Numbered from the stretch's first letter, positions 17,352 through 27,957 are shown. The stretch is DNA of 64,000 bases from Longimicrobiales bacterium (GCA_965219445.1 CBDCNQ010000004.1:672001-736000); one strand, 5' to 3'. The notes: a model not told the origin generated them from the sequence alone. Program-made: numbers and translations.

Positions 17352-18563
17352 ATGACGAGCCAGCGTAACATTCGTGTTGGAATCGCCTTGATCACACTCA
17401 TTATCGCGCTCGGAGTCGGTTGGGCCGCCCTCGAGAAGACCATGGCTGCTCAGAGCGGAGCGCAAGCGCCCATGTTCGAGGTGGATCCCCTATGGCCCAA
17501 GCCATTGCCGAACCATTGGGTCCTCGGATCGACCATCGGCGTGGCGGTCGATGGCGAGGACCACGTGTGGATCATCCATCGAGCCCAGTCGCTTGCCGCC
17601 GGCGAACGGCGCCTGGACGCGGACCCGCCGACCGGTGAGTGCTGCGCCGCTGCCCCGCCCGTCCTCGAGTTCGACCAGGCCGGTAACCTGGTCGGACACT
17701 GGGGTGGCCCCGGTAACGGGTACGACTGGCCCACGTCGAACCACGGGATCTTCGTCGATCACCTGGGGAACGTGTGGATCGGCGGGAACGGCGGGGGGGA
17801 CGCCCACGTCCTGAAGTTCACCCAGGACGGCACGTTTCTGGCGCAGTTCGGTCGTCCCGATGCACGCCGTGTCAGCGGTGCCGGCGCGGATGCGACGTAC
17901 ACCGGTAACAGCAACGACCCCGGGAGCTTCGGGCGAGTGGCCAAGATTTTCGTCGACCCGAATACCAACGAAGTCTACCTCGCCGACGGCTACCTGAACA
18001 AACGCGTGGCCGTGCTCGACGGGGAGACGGGCATGATGAAGCGCTACTGGGGTGCGTACGCCAACACGCCCGACGACAGTGACCTCGGGCCATTCGATCC
18101 GGATGCGCCACCGCCCCAGCAGTTCGGTAATCCGGTGCACTGCGCCGATCTGGCGCACGACGGGTTCGTGTATGTCTGCGACCGCCCTAATAATCGGATT
18201 CAGGTGTTCACGAAGGAAGGCGAGTTCGTGAAGGAGGTGTTCATCCAGAGACAGCCAGGCTACGCGTCGGCCTGGGACGTCGCCTTCTCGCAGGATCCGG
18301 ATCAGACGTTCCTCTACCTGGCCGACGCGCCGAACGCGAAGGTGCACATCCTGTTGCGTGAGACGCTCGAGGAACTTACGAGCTTCGGTGACGGCGGGCG
18401 TCAGCCCGGTCAGTTCTACGGCGTGCACAGCATCGTCACCGACTCGCAGGGCAACATCTACACGACCGAGACGTTCGAAGGAAAGCGCGTGCAGAAGTTC
18501 GTCTACAAGGGCCTAGGCCCGGTCACAAGCCGGAACCAGGGCGCGGTGTGGCCGGCACCGTGA
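17352..18563 (+). CDS. Secreted NHL-repeat beta-propeller protein
   Basis: N-terminal TM/signal; FEVDPLWPKPLP, YVCDRPNNRIQVF, DSQGNIYT repeats. Confidence 0.8.
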   Translation: MTSQRNIRVGIALITLIIALGVGWAALEKTMAAQSGAQAPMFEVDPLWPKPLPNHWVLGSTIGVAVDGEDHVWIIHRAQSLAAGERRLDADPPTGECCAAAPPVLEFDQAGNLVGHWGGPGNGYDWPTSNHGIFVDHLGNVWIGGNGGGDAHVLKFTQDGTFLAQFGRPDARRVSGAGADATYTGNSNDPGSFGRVAKIFVDPNTNEVYLADGYLNKRVAVLDGETGMMKRYWGAYANTPDDSDLGPFDPDAPPPQQFGNPVHCADLAHDGFVYVCDRPNNRIQVFTKEGEFVKEVFIQRQPGYASAWDVAFSQDPDQTFLYLADAPNAKVHILLRETLEELTSFGDGGRQPGQFYGVHSIVTDSQGNIYTTETFEGKRVQKFVYKGLGPVTSRNQGAVWPAP

Positions 18564-18811
18564 TCAGCGCGACAGCCAGATGCCGATGGGAATGCCTCAG
18601 AGTTCGCATTGAACATTGAAGCTGAATCACGACGACGAGGACCTTGAGCGATTGTAGGCGAGCGTTGACGTCACGAGCCCCCGAGCGCCCCAGCGGCGTT
18701 CGGGGGGGAGGCATCTTCCATCCCTATCGACAGCTATGGGCCACCGAACGGAAACTCATGGCCGACGTCGGTGTGGCGGCGGCCGGGGGGTGGGACACAG
18801 TCCCTTTTCAC

Positions 18812-18850
18812 AGAAAGCGCCGCAGGCCCGAAAAGCCTTGCGGCGCTTCT
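18812..18850 (-). terminator. Hairpin terminator downstream of tRNA-Thr(TGT)
   Basis: AGAAAGCGCCGCAGG...CCTTGCGGCGCTTCT inverted repeat. Confidence 0.6.
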
Positions 18851-18860
18851 CTTTACACCA

Positions 18861-18933
18861 AGCTGGCGAACGGACTCGAACCGTTAACCTGCTGCTTACA
18901 AGGCAGCTGCTCTACCAGTTGAGCTACGCCAGC
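18861..18933 (-). tRNA. tRNA-Thr(TGT)
   Basis: GCTGGCGTAGCTCAACTGGTAGAGCAGCTGCCTTGTAAGCAGCAGGTTAACGGTTCGAGTCCGTTCGCCAGCT. Confidence 0.95.
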
Positions 18934-18994
18934 AAGTCGTAACTTTCCCGCACGACTCGTAAGATAGTCTCGGTATCTGCCTGTTGGTATGTCG

Positions 18995-19960
18995 TTACTG
19001 GAACGCGGCTCGACTTACGCTTGGCGGGTCCTCATCGGCGAAGTGGGGATGGACTATGTAAATCTGGTCACCCACCACGGCCGCGGTAGTCGCCTGAGTC
19101 TCGTAGGGCGCGACGCCCGCGAGTTGGGCTGTCACCCAATCATCGCTACTCGTCAGAGCGACGACCCGGTTTGAGGAATTGCTGACGATTGCGAGGCTGC
19201 CGTTGGGCATCCAGACCATGCCATCCTGGCCTGGGACAGCTTCGGGGAGCGCCACCGGGGTGGATTCATCGGGGGAGTCGAGCGGCACCTTCCAGAGCGT
19301 CTCACCTGCGGCCACCAGCAGATAGCCATCGGGATGCACTACGATACCGTTGAAGCCGAGAGCCTCGGCGGTGTCAGGCTGGTAAAAGACGGACGCCTGA
19401 TAGTCGGAAGCCACCCGATAAATGACGCCGGCAAAGGTGTCGGTGACGTATGCCGTACCATCCGCCGCGACCGCGACATCGTTCGCAAAGTGACCCACGT
19501 CGGCCGGAGCATCTTCGATGGTCGACGCGAGATCGATCATCTCGATGCGATTCCCGGTCGAGAGATCGTATACGCCGAGCATCGCTTGACCAGTGCCCAC
19601 TCCTTCAAAGACGGACCGGTCCGAGTTCGCGACCAGAAGGCGGTTGCGCTGCGCATCCACCTCGATTCCCACCGAAGAGACGAGATCCGGGTCGCTGACC
19701 ACCGTGGTCACTCTCCCGTCAGGATGGATCTGGAAGATCGAGCCCTCCGAGAGTGAACCTGTAAGGATGCGCCCGTTCGTAGCATCGTATTCGATCCCCT
19801 CCGGAATGAACCCGCTCCTCTGCGCGACGATATTGGCAGGCAGAGAGACCTCTTCCGGCACCATAGCTTCGGTCTGAGCGGAGGGAGGCATATCTGTGGC
19901 GGCATTGCACGCGGCCGCCAAAGTGATCAGGCAAGCGGCGCCTAATACTCGATTCATCAT
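18995..19960 (-). CDS. SMP-30/gluconolactonase-like beta-propeller lipoprotein
   Basis: MMNRVLGAACLITLAAAC lipobox; PEGIEYD, FANDVAVAADGTAYVTD, FNGI, DGM repeats. Confidence 0.75.
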   Translation of the reverse strand: MMNRVLGAACLITLAAACNAATDMPPSAQTEAMVPEEVSLPANIVAQRSGFIPEGIEYDATNGRILTGSLSEGSIFQIHPDGRVTTVVSDPDLVSSVGIEVDAQRNRLLVANSDRSVFEGVGTGQAMLGVYDLSTGNRIEMIDLASTIEDAPADVGHFANDVAVAADGTAYVTDTFAGVIYRVASDYQASVFYQPDTAEALGFNGIVVHPDGYLLVAAGETLWKVPLDSPDESTPVALPEAVPGQDGMVWMPNGSLAIVSNSSNRVVALTSSDDWVTAQLAGVAPYETQATTAAVVGDQIYIVHPHFADEDPPSVSRAAFQ

Positions 19961-20156
19961 AGATAGCTGATCCAGGTTGATTGGGTCGAGAAGGACGAGC
20001 GACTTCGGTGTACCCCCGAACGATCGACGTATCGTCGCGACCCACGTGCTCGGCCAGGACTTCGATCTCGTCCGCGAGCGAACCACTCTTGGAGAGGCTC
20101 GTGTCGAACGAAAGTCTCGCACGCCAACGGATGACCGGCAACCGATGGGGTACTCC

Positions 20157-21602
20157 TTACCTGACCCGCTTCCAGCGCGTGCCGCCCGGGGAATCCTCGA
20201 GCACGATGCCGCGCTCGCCCAGCTCGTCCCGGATGGCATCCGCGCGGGCGAAGTCCCGGTCCGCCCGGGCGGCTTTGCGCTCGGCGATGAGTGACTCGAT
20301 TTCGGACGCAAAGTCGTCATCCACCTCGCGGCTCTCATATGCCACGCTGAGAAGCCCCATCACCTCATCCATCGAGGCGAGCGCCTTCCGCGCGGCTTCC
20401 AGGTCGGACACGGTGACGTCCGTAGCCGCATCCAACTCGCCGTTCACGCGGTTTACGAAGACGAACAACGCGGCGAGGGCCTCGGCTGAGTTGAGGTCGT
20501 CTTCGAGCGCCGCACCAAACGCCTCGATGGCTTCATCGCCCAGACGGGCCAGAGGACCTGGGGAGTCTGGAGGCTCCTCCCCGTCCGCCCCGACGGTCTC
20601 CGCCAACCGCGCCTCGAAGTCGAGGAGGCGTTGAATGGCGGCGGCGGAAGCCGCGAGACCGTCTCGTGTGAAGTTCAGTTCCCTCCGGTACTGGGCACCG
20701 AGCAACTGATGACGGATAGTGGCCGGCCCTAACCCCTCTTCGAGCAGCTCGCGAACCGTAATGGTGTTGCCGAGCGACTTGGACATCTTCCCGCCCTCGA
20801 CGACCAGATGCTTTACGTGGACCCAGTGGCGGACGAAAGGCTTGCCGGTCACGCCCTCGGATTGGGCGATCTCATTCTCGTGATGAGGAAAGACGAGGTC
20901 TTCGCCGCCCATATGGATATCCAGCGTCTCTCCGAGCTCAGTGATGCTCATCACCGAGCACTCCAAATGCCAGCCGGGCCGCCCTCTTCCCCACGGAGAG
21001 TCCCAGGCGGCGCCCACCGCTTCGTCCGCAGGCTTGGTCGCCTTCCAGAGGGCGAAGTCGCGGACATTCTCCTTCTCGTACTCGTCGTCCTGCACGCGCG
21101 CACCCGGGTGGGTGGATTCGGGGTCCAGGCCCTTGAGGCGGCCATAGGCGGGAAACGCACCGATTGAGAAATAGACCGACCCGTCCTCCGCCGAATAGGC
21201 GAGTCCCTTTTCCTCCAGTCGTTCGATCCACGACACCATCTGTGGGATGTACCCTGTGGCCAACGGATAGCTACGAGCCGGAAGAATCCCGAGGGCTCGC
21301 GCGTCGGCCAGGATGTCCTCGGTGAATGGAGCCGTGTACTCCCGCACGTCCTTTCCTGCCTCGGACGCACGATCGATTGTCTTGTCGTCCACATCCGTGA
21401 GGTTCATGACGAAGTCCACGTCGTAGCCGGCCCACTTCAGGTAGCGGTGGAGTAGATCGTAGACCACAAAGCTCCGGTAGTTGCCGATGTGTGCGTGGTC
21501 GTAGACAGTCGGGCCGCATGCGTAAAGCCGGACACCGGGCGGATCGGCCGGCTCGAAATCCCTCACCGAGCGGGTCAACGTGTCGTAGAGTTTCAGGGCC
21601 AT
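20157..21602 (-). CDS. cysS: Cysteine--tRNA ligase
   Basis: CGPTVYDHAHIGN, GRPGWHLEC, FPHHENE, KMSKS. Confidence 0.97.
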   Translation of the reverse strand: MALKLYDTLTRSVRDFEPADPPGVRLYACGPTVYDHAHIGNYRSFVVYDLLHRYLKWAGYDVDFVMNLTDVDDKTIDRASEAGKDVREYTAPFTEDILADARALGILPARSYPLATGYIPQMVSWIERLEEKGLAYSAEDGSVYFSIGAFPAYGRLKGLDPESTHPGARVQDDEYEKENVRDFALWKATKPADEAVGAAWDSPWGRGRPGWHLECSVMSITELGETLDIHMGGEDLVFPHHENEIAQSEGVTGKPFVRHWVHVKHLVVEGGKMSKSLGNTITVRELLEEGLGPATIRHQLLGAQYRRELNFTRDGLAASAAAIQRLLDFEARLAETVGADGEEPPDSPGPLARLGDEAIEAFGAALEDDLNSAEALAALFVFVNRVNGELDAATDVTVSDLEAARKALASMDEVMGLLSVAYESREVDDDFASEIESLIAERKAARADRDFARADAIRDELGERGIVLEDSPGGTRWKRVR

Positions 21603-21686
21603 GTCGTCGTGAGGGTCAGCGTTGGTCAGGGTGGGTTTGGGCTAGCCAGGGTTGATCGCCCCGCCAGCCGGCCGGATAGGATGACG

Positions 21687-22154
21687 TCAAAGCCGCGTCT
21701 GGGGAAGAACCCGAACCTCAGCCACCCGCCACACGCCATCCTCGTATACGAACGCCACGAATACGGTCCGCGTGACCATCTCGGACATCCCCCGGATCCT
21801 CGACTCCCACCGGATTTCGGCGAATCCCTGTGGGGGCTCACCACCCACCTCGCCGGTCCGAGACACGCGTGCCGACGCGGCCTCACGGTTTTCCAGGTAT
21901 TCCCGAATGGAGGCGCCGGCGCGCTGGGGGGAGAGAGCACCGAGAGGCCGCGCCTCCCATTGAATGCGAGCCCCACTCTGGGAAAAACGGCTCTGGAGCT
22001 GAGATACATCGCCGGCGGCCCACTGCGCCGCGAATCGGGCAGCAGCCTCTTCGAGGTCTTGTCCGAAGCACGCGGCGGGCGCACCGGCACCGACCACAAT
22101 ACCAAGCATTCCGACGACCAGCGTGCGCCGGAGAAATGCGGCTAGCGCCCTCAC
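21687..22154 (-). CDS. Hypothetical exported protein
   Basis: Signal-like N-terminus; co-directional between pyrF and cysS. Confidence 0.6.
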   Translation of the reverse strand: MRALAAFLRRTLVVGMLGIVVGAGAPAACFGQDLEEAAARFAAQWAAGDVSQLQSRFSQSGARIQWEARPLGALSPQRAGASIREYLENREAASARVSRTGEVGGEPPQGFAEIRWESRIRGMSEMVTRTVFVAFVYEDGVWRVAEVRVLPQTRL

Positions 22155-22182
22155 AGCCGGATCCTCGTCGGCGCCCCAGCCC

Positions 22183-22890
22183 TCATGCCGTCGGTACCGT
22201 GCTTGGGCCGGCCGCCTGTGCGTAAACCCGCCTCAGCGCCTCGACAGGGTCGAGCGCCTGGGTTACGGAACGCCCGATCACCAGGTAGTCGGCGCCGGCC
22301 GCCACCGCCTCGGCTGGCGTCGAGACACGGGCCTGGTCGTGCGCATCGTCCCCCGCAAGGCGAATCCCCGGGGTGACGACCACAAGATCGGATCCTATGG
22401 CCTCCTTTATCGGAGCCGCCTCCCGCACGGACGCAACCACACCCCCGAGCCCGGACTGCTGCGCGAGCCGCGCCAAGCGCACGACCTCATCCTCGAGCGA
22501 ATCGACCTCCCGCCCCCACGAGTCCCCCACGTCGGACGCCGTCATCGACGTGAGCACGGTGACTCCGAGAAGCATGAGATCGGCGCCCGCCGCCTCGGCC
22601 GCCGCCTCCATCATGGGTCGTCCTCCCGTCGCATGGAGCGTCAGGATATCGACATTGAGATCACGGGCACTGCCAACGGCCCGCGCCACCGTGTTAGGGA
22701 TATCGTGCAGCTTGAGGTCGAGGAAGATGCGTTTGTCCCTCGCCGCGAGCGCTCGGACCAGGGAGGGGCCCTCTCGGGTGAAGAGCTCGAGGCCCACCTT
22801 GTAGAAGTCGGTCTGCTCGCCGAGGCAATCCACCAGGCCCATGGCCTCGTCGAGCGTCGGAACGTCGAGCGCGATGATCACCTGCGCCAT
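22183..22890 (-). CDS. pyrF: Orotidine-5'-phosphate decarboxylase
   Basis: IIALD, KVGLEL, FLDLKLHDIPNTV, VTPGIR, VIGRS. Confidence 0.96.
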   Translation of the reverse strand: MAQVIIALDVPTLDEAMGLVDCLGEQTDFYKVGLELFTREGPSLVRALAARDKRIFLDLKLHDIPNTVARAVGSARDLNVDILTLHATGGRPMMEAAAEAAGADLMLLGVTVLTSMTASDVGDSWGREVDSLEDEVVRLARLAQQSGLGGVVASVREAAPIKEAIGSDLVVVTPGIRLAGDDAHDQARVSTPAEAVAAGADYLVIGRSVTQALDPVEALRRVYAQAAGPSTVPTA

Positions 22891-22891
22891 G

Positions 22892-23845
22892 TTAGCCTGG
22901 CCTTCCCGGAACACTCACGGGGCGGTCCACTCTATCGTACACGCCGATCAAGTCCTGAATTTTCTCGACTCCCATTTTTTCCCCGTACCTGGCGATCCCT
23001 TTTCCTACCCGCTGGGCCGTCCTCGGGTCGGCGAAGGTGGCGGTACCGACCTGAATTAACGATGCGCCCGCCAAAAGATACTGGAGCGCGTCCCCGGCGT
23101 CCGTGATTCCACCGACTCCGACGAGAGGAATCGACGTGCACGCCCTGGCCCGATGCACAGCGTGCACGCCTACGGCCCGCAAGGCCGGTCCGGACAGACC
23201 GCCCGAGCCTGCGCCGAGGGTGGCACTCCGCGAGGTGATGTCGATGACCAGGCCCGGCATCGTGTTCACGAGGGTGAGTCCGTCCGCGCCGGCATCCTCC
23301 GCGGCCTCCGCAACCGGCCCGATATCGGGAACGTTGGGGGCGAGTTTGACGAGGAGCGGACGATCGGTCCTCCCCCGGACTCCTTCAACAACGCTCCTGA
23401 GAGCCTCGGGGTCCAGGGCGAAGGGGAGCCCACCGAGGCGAGTGTCGTTGGGGCAGGAGAGATTGAGCTCGTAGCCCAGAAAACCGCGGACCGGCTCGAG
23501 CCCCTCGACGATGCTCCAATACTCGTCCGGTATGTAGCCGGCCACGCTCACGAACACCTGGATACCCGAGAGGTGTTCCCGCATCCAGGGGAGCTTTTCC
23601 GAGCACACGCGTTCCAAGCCGGGGTTCGCAAGACCGACCGAGTTCAGCATCGCGTTTCCAGCCTCCACGACGCGGGGCGCGGGATTGCCGAGCCGAGGCT
23701 CGAGCGTCACCGATTTCGTCACGATGCCGCCCACAGCGTCGAGGTCGAGGACATTCTCGAGTTCCTCGCCGAATCCGCACGTTCCGGCGGCCAGAAGGAC
23801 AGGGTTGTGAAAGGTCGCTCCGAACAGGGTCTGGCTCAGTCGCAT
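22892..23845 (-). CDS. pyrD: Dihydroorotate dehydrogenase, family 1
   Basis: GNPAPR, NSVGLANPG, ELNLSCPN, VKLAPN, GGLSGPA. Confidence 0.94.
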   Translation of the reverse strand: MRLSQTLFGATFHNPVLLAAGTCGFGEELENVLDLDAVGGIVTKSVTLEPRLGNPAPRVVEAGNAMLNSVGLANPGLERVCSEKLPWMREHLSGIQVFVSVAGYIPDEYWSIVEGLEPVRGFLGYELNLSCPNDTRLGGLPFALDPEALRSVVEGVRGRTDRPLLVKLAPNVPDIGPVAEAAEDAGADGLTLVNTMPGLVIDITSRSATLGAGSGGLSGPALRAVGVHAVHRARACTSIPLVGVGGITDAGDALQYLLAGASLIQVGTATFADPRTAQRVGKGIARYGEKMGVEKIQDLIGVYDRVDRPVSVPGRPG

Positions 23846-23851
23846 CGTCGT

Positions 23852-23880
23852 CTAGAAGGGTGATCGGAAAGGGGGGTGGG
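23852..23880. repeat. Dispersed 29-bp intergenic motif, copy 1
   Basis: CTAGAAGGGTGATCGGAAAGGGGGGTGGG; 28/29 identical to 38501-38529. Confidence 0.85.
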
Positions 23881-23886
23881 TTGCCG

Positions 23887-25289
23887 TCACTCTTTCGGCA
23901 CGCCCGTGAGTTGCCGCCGGGCCGACAGTTCCTCGTCGACGCGCGCCAGCAGCTGGTCGAGCGTCCCCTGAAGCCCGGACTCCAACGCCCCTAGTTCAGG
24001 CCCAGAGTGGCCATCACGAGCATAGCGAACATAGGCATCCCCCGAGAGTGCCTCGATCCGCTGATCGAGCCACCTCCGCTGTGCCGGATCCGTCGTCAGT
24101 TCCCTGGACGCGAGGAGCGCCTTCCCGGACCACAGCGCGTCGGGCGCGGCAGCCGCATAGGCCTGAAAGAGTGCCGCCGAAAGCCGTCGGGCCGCCAAGA
24201 CATCTCGGGAAATCTCAGCAGCGGCGACCAGTGCGATGGGCTCCTCGTCGAGCCCGTACTCGGTGAGAAGCTCTACTCGGCGGATCGCGTTTAATATGGC
24301 CTGAGCTTCTTTAGACGTCACCGCCGGAAAAAGAACGGTCCGAAGCGGCGCGAGCTGTTCCACCGTCTCAGCCTCGGTAAGACTCCACCTCGCCAACGTC
24401 ACTCTGGCGCCTGCGGCCCTCTCCCCCAGGCCCGACCCGACCGAACGCGCGTCTTTCCTCGCACGATCCATATCGCCCGCCTCGTAGGCGAGCCAGGCGC
24501 GCGTCATCAACAAACGGTCCCGTGCATCCCGGGACCAACGGGCGTCCTCGGCGTTGTCCAAGAGGACCAGGGCGCTTCGCGGGCCCCATCGGTCGGCAAA
24601 GCGCCGGGCCAGCGAACTGATGGAGTCGCTGTATGCTTGGGCCCGGCTCATGAGGATCAGCGCCTGGATTCCCTGATGGATACGAGTCAAATCCGGCACC
24701 TCAAATCCCCAGGCGACTCGCTCGAGGTCGGCCGGCACAGCCTGACGGATATGCGCCTCCCCCGCCCGGTCCAGGTCTTGCCACCCCTGCTCCACCATCC
24801 CCTGCTGAAAGAAGGCACGTGCGCGCCAGAGATGGGCCTCCGCTCGGTAGGTGCGGGCATCGATGCCCTCAATCGCATCGTCGAGAAGAGCAAGCCCTCG
24901 GGCCGTCTCTCCAACCGACACGGCAAGGGCGCCGCGGTAGAGGGCCGCCTGGCCCCTCACGTCGGGATCGGTACTGATTTCGAGTACCTGTTCCAGCGCC
25001 CGGTTGGCGTCCGGGATCTCTCCCAAGCGAAGCTGAGCCTTGGCGATGAGGAGGAGTGCATCATCGGCCCTCGGCCGTCCTCGTCGGCCCGGTACCCCTT
25101 GGTGGCCTTGGCGACAGCCTCGTGATAACGGACCGAACCTGCCGAGTCCTGGCCGGCCAAGCGCAAGTTCTCGGCCTCTCCGTACAGGCTCTCCGCGTTA
25201 TGGATCGTGTTGTTGAAGATGCAACCCACCAAGAACCCCGAACCCAAGACCGTAAGGGCGACAACGTGTCTCGGGCGGTGGGTTCTCAC
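23887..25289 (-). pseudogene. TPR lipoprotein split by a 1-nt frameshift near 25070 (real or sequencing error)
   Basis: ORF 24957-25289 (LVGC lipobox) joins ORF 23887-25026 if one base is added: ...DEDGR[W]ADDALLLIAKAQLRLGE... Confidence 0.7.
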
Positions 25290-26680
25290 CGTGGCGGGCC
25301 TTGAAGCGCCACCCCCCGCCCCGGGGGGTATCGTTGGAAGAAATCCCGGACACCCTGGGCCAGGGCCGCGGCAACCCCACGCTGGAATTCGGCACGGGAT
25401 AGGACACGCTCCTCTTCACGGTTGGAGATGAATCCGACCTCCACCAATACCGCCGGCATCAAAGCATTCGTGATCACCGCGAAGGGTCCCTGCTTTACAC
25501 CGCGGTTGGGGCCTGGGTGGACTTCCTCCAGCTCAAACTGAATCCCCTCCGCCAGAAGTGAAGACCAATGCTGGTGGTCGAAGTTGCGCAGTTCCCGCAT
25601 GATGAAGCTCAGATCCACATCTTCCACCTCAGCACCGTCCAATTCGGCCTCGAGTTGGAGAGGCGCATTCTCGAGCGCGGCCACCCTTTGCTCGTGCTCC
25701 GTACGGGCCTCGGACAGGAAGTACGTCTCGAAGCCACGGATGGCGGGGCTCGATGGGGACGAGTTCACATGGATGGAGATGAAGATGCCGGGTCGGTCCC
25801 CCTTCCACAGCGTGGCCTGCGGACCTCGCTCCCAGAGCGGCACGAGCACGTCCCGGTCACGCGTCATGTACACCTCGAGGTCCTCATCTCCCCTGAGTTC
25901 CCGCTCTAGATAGCGCCCGATGGTCAGTGCAATATCCTTTTCTCGGCGCCCACCACGGCCCGTGGTGCCGGGGTCGCTGCCCCCGTGGCCCGGATCGATC
26001 ACGACCACGCGTTTTTCGGGGTTCTGTGCCTCTTCCAAATCCCGCTGTAGTGTGGGTGCGGAGAGGTTGTCCGTCGAGACCGGTTCGTCTCGGGAGAGTT
26101 CGTCTCTAGAGGGTTCGTCGGTCCGCATCCTTCGACCCACGATTTCCACCGGGCGGTATTCGGTGGCTGCTTCCGGCCACAGGGATGGGTCGAGGACCTC
26201 GAGCGACCCCCCACCGGGCGAAAACGCATACGCCTCGCTCGCCCGCGCCGGAAGGAAGTCGACCACGAACTGGAGAGGAATCTGAACGGAGCCGTCCCCT
26301 GAAAAAGGTGCGCTCACGAGTTGGAGCAGCTCTTGGTTCCAGTGGAAGAGGGGGCTGTCCAACGAAAACTCCACCATAGGCCCTTCCAAACCGAGTCGGG
26401 CGCGGAGCTTTGGTACATCCACCTCGATCGCCCAACCCAGCTGACGCAGCGCCTCATGAGACACTGTCGCGTATCCGCGCGACCGTCTGACGCTCAGCGA
26501 TAGAGACGAGTCATCTGGGCCGTGTACGAGGAGAGAATCGCCCGCTTGAGCCGAACTGGGAGTGGGTCCACTGAGGGCCATCACGAGCGCGGCCAGGATG
26601 CCGAGAATACCCGACAACCCGGATCCGCGACTTGCACGGAAGAAACCAACGACGAACGACGGCGCGGCAACACTGATCAT
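25286..26680 (-). CDS. N-acetylmuramoyl-L-alanine amidase (Amidase_3)
   Basis: VVIDPGHGGSDPG, EKDIAL, FISIHVN, AVLVEVGFISN. Confidence 0.92.
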   Translation of the reverse strand: MISVAAPSFVVGFFRASRGSGLSGILGILAALVMALSGPTPSSAQAGDSLLVHGPDDSSLSLSVRRSRGYATVSHEALRQLGWAIEVDVPKLRARLGLEGPMVEFSLDSPLFHWNQELLQLVSAPFSGDGSVQIPLQFVVDFLPARASEAYAFSPGGGSLEVLDPSLWPEAATEYRPVEIVGRRMRTDEPSRDELSRDEPVSTDNLSAPTLQRDLEEAQNPEKRVVVIDPGHGGSDPGTTGRGGRREKDIALTIGRYLERELRGDEDLEVYMTRDRDVLVPLWERGPQATLWKGDRPGIFISIHVNSSPSSPAIRGFETYFLSEARTEHEQRVAALENAPLQLEAELDGAEVEDVDLSFIMRELRNFDHQHWSSLLAEGIQFELEEVHPGPNRGVKQGPFAVITNALMPAVLVEVGFISNREEERVLSRAEFQRGVAAALAQGVRDFFQRYPPGRGVALQGPPR

Positions 26681-27156
26681 CGGTGCTTGCTCATGGCTCG
26701 TTTGGCCTCCCTATCCTGAGTCTGCTTCTTCAGCTTTTCACGCTTGTCATACAGGCGGCGTCCCCTCGCCACCCCAAGAAGCACCTTCGCGTTCCCTTTC
26801 CGGAAGTAGATCTCGAGGGGGATCAGGGTGAGTCCCTTCGCTTCGGTCTTACTCAACAGACGGCGAATCTCCTCACGGTGCAGGAGTAGCTTCCGTACAC
26901 GGTCAGGATCCTGGTTGGCCCGATTCGCCTGTTCGTAGGGTGAAATATGGAGGTTGTAGAGCCAGACTTCTCCCCCCTCAACCCGGGCGAAGGCATCCCG
27001 AAAGGCCAACTGCCCGGCCCGAAGCGACTTCACCTCCGGTCCCTTGAGCACGATCCCAGCCTCATGGGTATCCAGGATCTCGTATTCGTGCCGAGCTTTT
27101 CGATTTCGCCCCACGACCTTGCGGCCGGTTTCACCGCCACCATTCCGGTCGCTCAA
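26677..27156 (-). CDS. smpB: SsrA-binding protein
   Basis: NRKARHEY, EAGIVLKGPEVKSLR, RKLLLHREEI, YDKR; GGAGG upstream of TTG 27156. Confidence 0.96.
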   Translation of the reverse strand: MSDRNGGGETGRKVVGRNRKARHEYEILDTHEAGIVLKGPEVKSLRAGQLAFRDAFARVEGGEVWLYNLHISPYEQANRANQDPDRVRKLLLHREEIRRLLSKTEAKGLTLIPLEIYFRKGNAKVLLGVARGRRLYDKREKLKKQTQDREAKRAMSKHR

Positions 27157-27427
27157 CAGTCCTCCACCATCACGCCGAGGTTCCGAGGGCAGTCCGAATC
27201 TGCACCTTTCGCGCTTTTCGCATGGTGTAAACCTGGTCGATTTCTCCGCTGAGGACAAACACTACCGACGCGTAATAGATCCAGAACAAGAGCACGACTA
27301 CGGTGGTGAGATTCCCGTATGCGGAGCGGTAGTCGGCTACAGACGTGACATACCAATGAGGCCGGCACGACGGGAACTGAGAGGGGAAGCTACGGTGCCG
27401 GCACTCACGAGCGTCCCGACTCGGTCA

Positions 27428-27856
27428 CTATTCGTCTACGTCTTCCTCCGGGGACGGCGTCGCGCCTACGGCCGCCTCCCTCGCCGCAGCGATCCCCGCC
27501 TTGGCGGCGGCCTTGGAACGCTCGAGTTTGTCTTCGAGATCCGTACGGGCCTCCTCGGCCGCCATACGTCCCGATTCTACCGCGTCGCGCACCAACTCGA
27601 CACGAGACTCCACGCCCTCCCGAACGTTCTCCAATCGATCTTCGAGGGTGAGTTGGGCCTCGCGCATGCGCTCCTCAGCTGCAGCGCGGAGCTTCTGGGC
27701 ACGGACCCGTATCTCCTCCTGTGTCTCTTCGCCGGATTGGGGAGCGAAGAGCAGAGCCAGCCCAGCCCCGACCAACGCACCGAGGCAGAACGACCCAAAA
27801 CTCCCGCCACTGTCCCGCTCGACGAGGATGTAAGGGAGGTCATCTTGATTACGCAT
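27428..27856 (-). CDS. YtxH-domain protein
   Basis: FCLGALVGAGLALLFAPQSGEETQ. Confidence 0.85.
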   Translation of the reverse strand: MRNQDDLPYILVERDSGGSFGSFCLGALVGAGLALLFAPQSGEETQEEIRVRAQKLRAAAEERMREAQLTLEDRLENVREGVESRVELVRDAVESGRMAAEEARTDLEDKLERSKAAAKAGIAAAREAAVGATPSPEEDVDE

Positions 27857-27957
27857 GATGTGCACTCCTTCCGCAGCGTCTGGAAGCGGGGCAAGGCACC
27901 CGCAACCATCTCAAAATATACCGCCGAGGGGAGTCAGATCACAGGGAACGTCTTCGC

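Noticed and set aside
18725..18805. MGHRTET peptide next to the tRNA-Thr 3' end, reminiscent of a tyrosine-integrase C-terminal motif
   Set aside because: No HxxR motif or catalytic Tyr; too short to distinguish from chance
20010..20090. LADEIEVLAEHVGRDDTSIVR on the minus strand, resembling a ribbon-helix-helix fragment
   Set aside because: No credible start or stop and no toxin partner; the ORF overlaps the next gene out of frame
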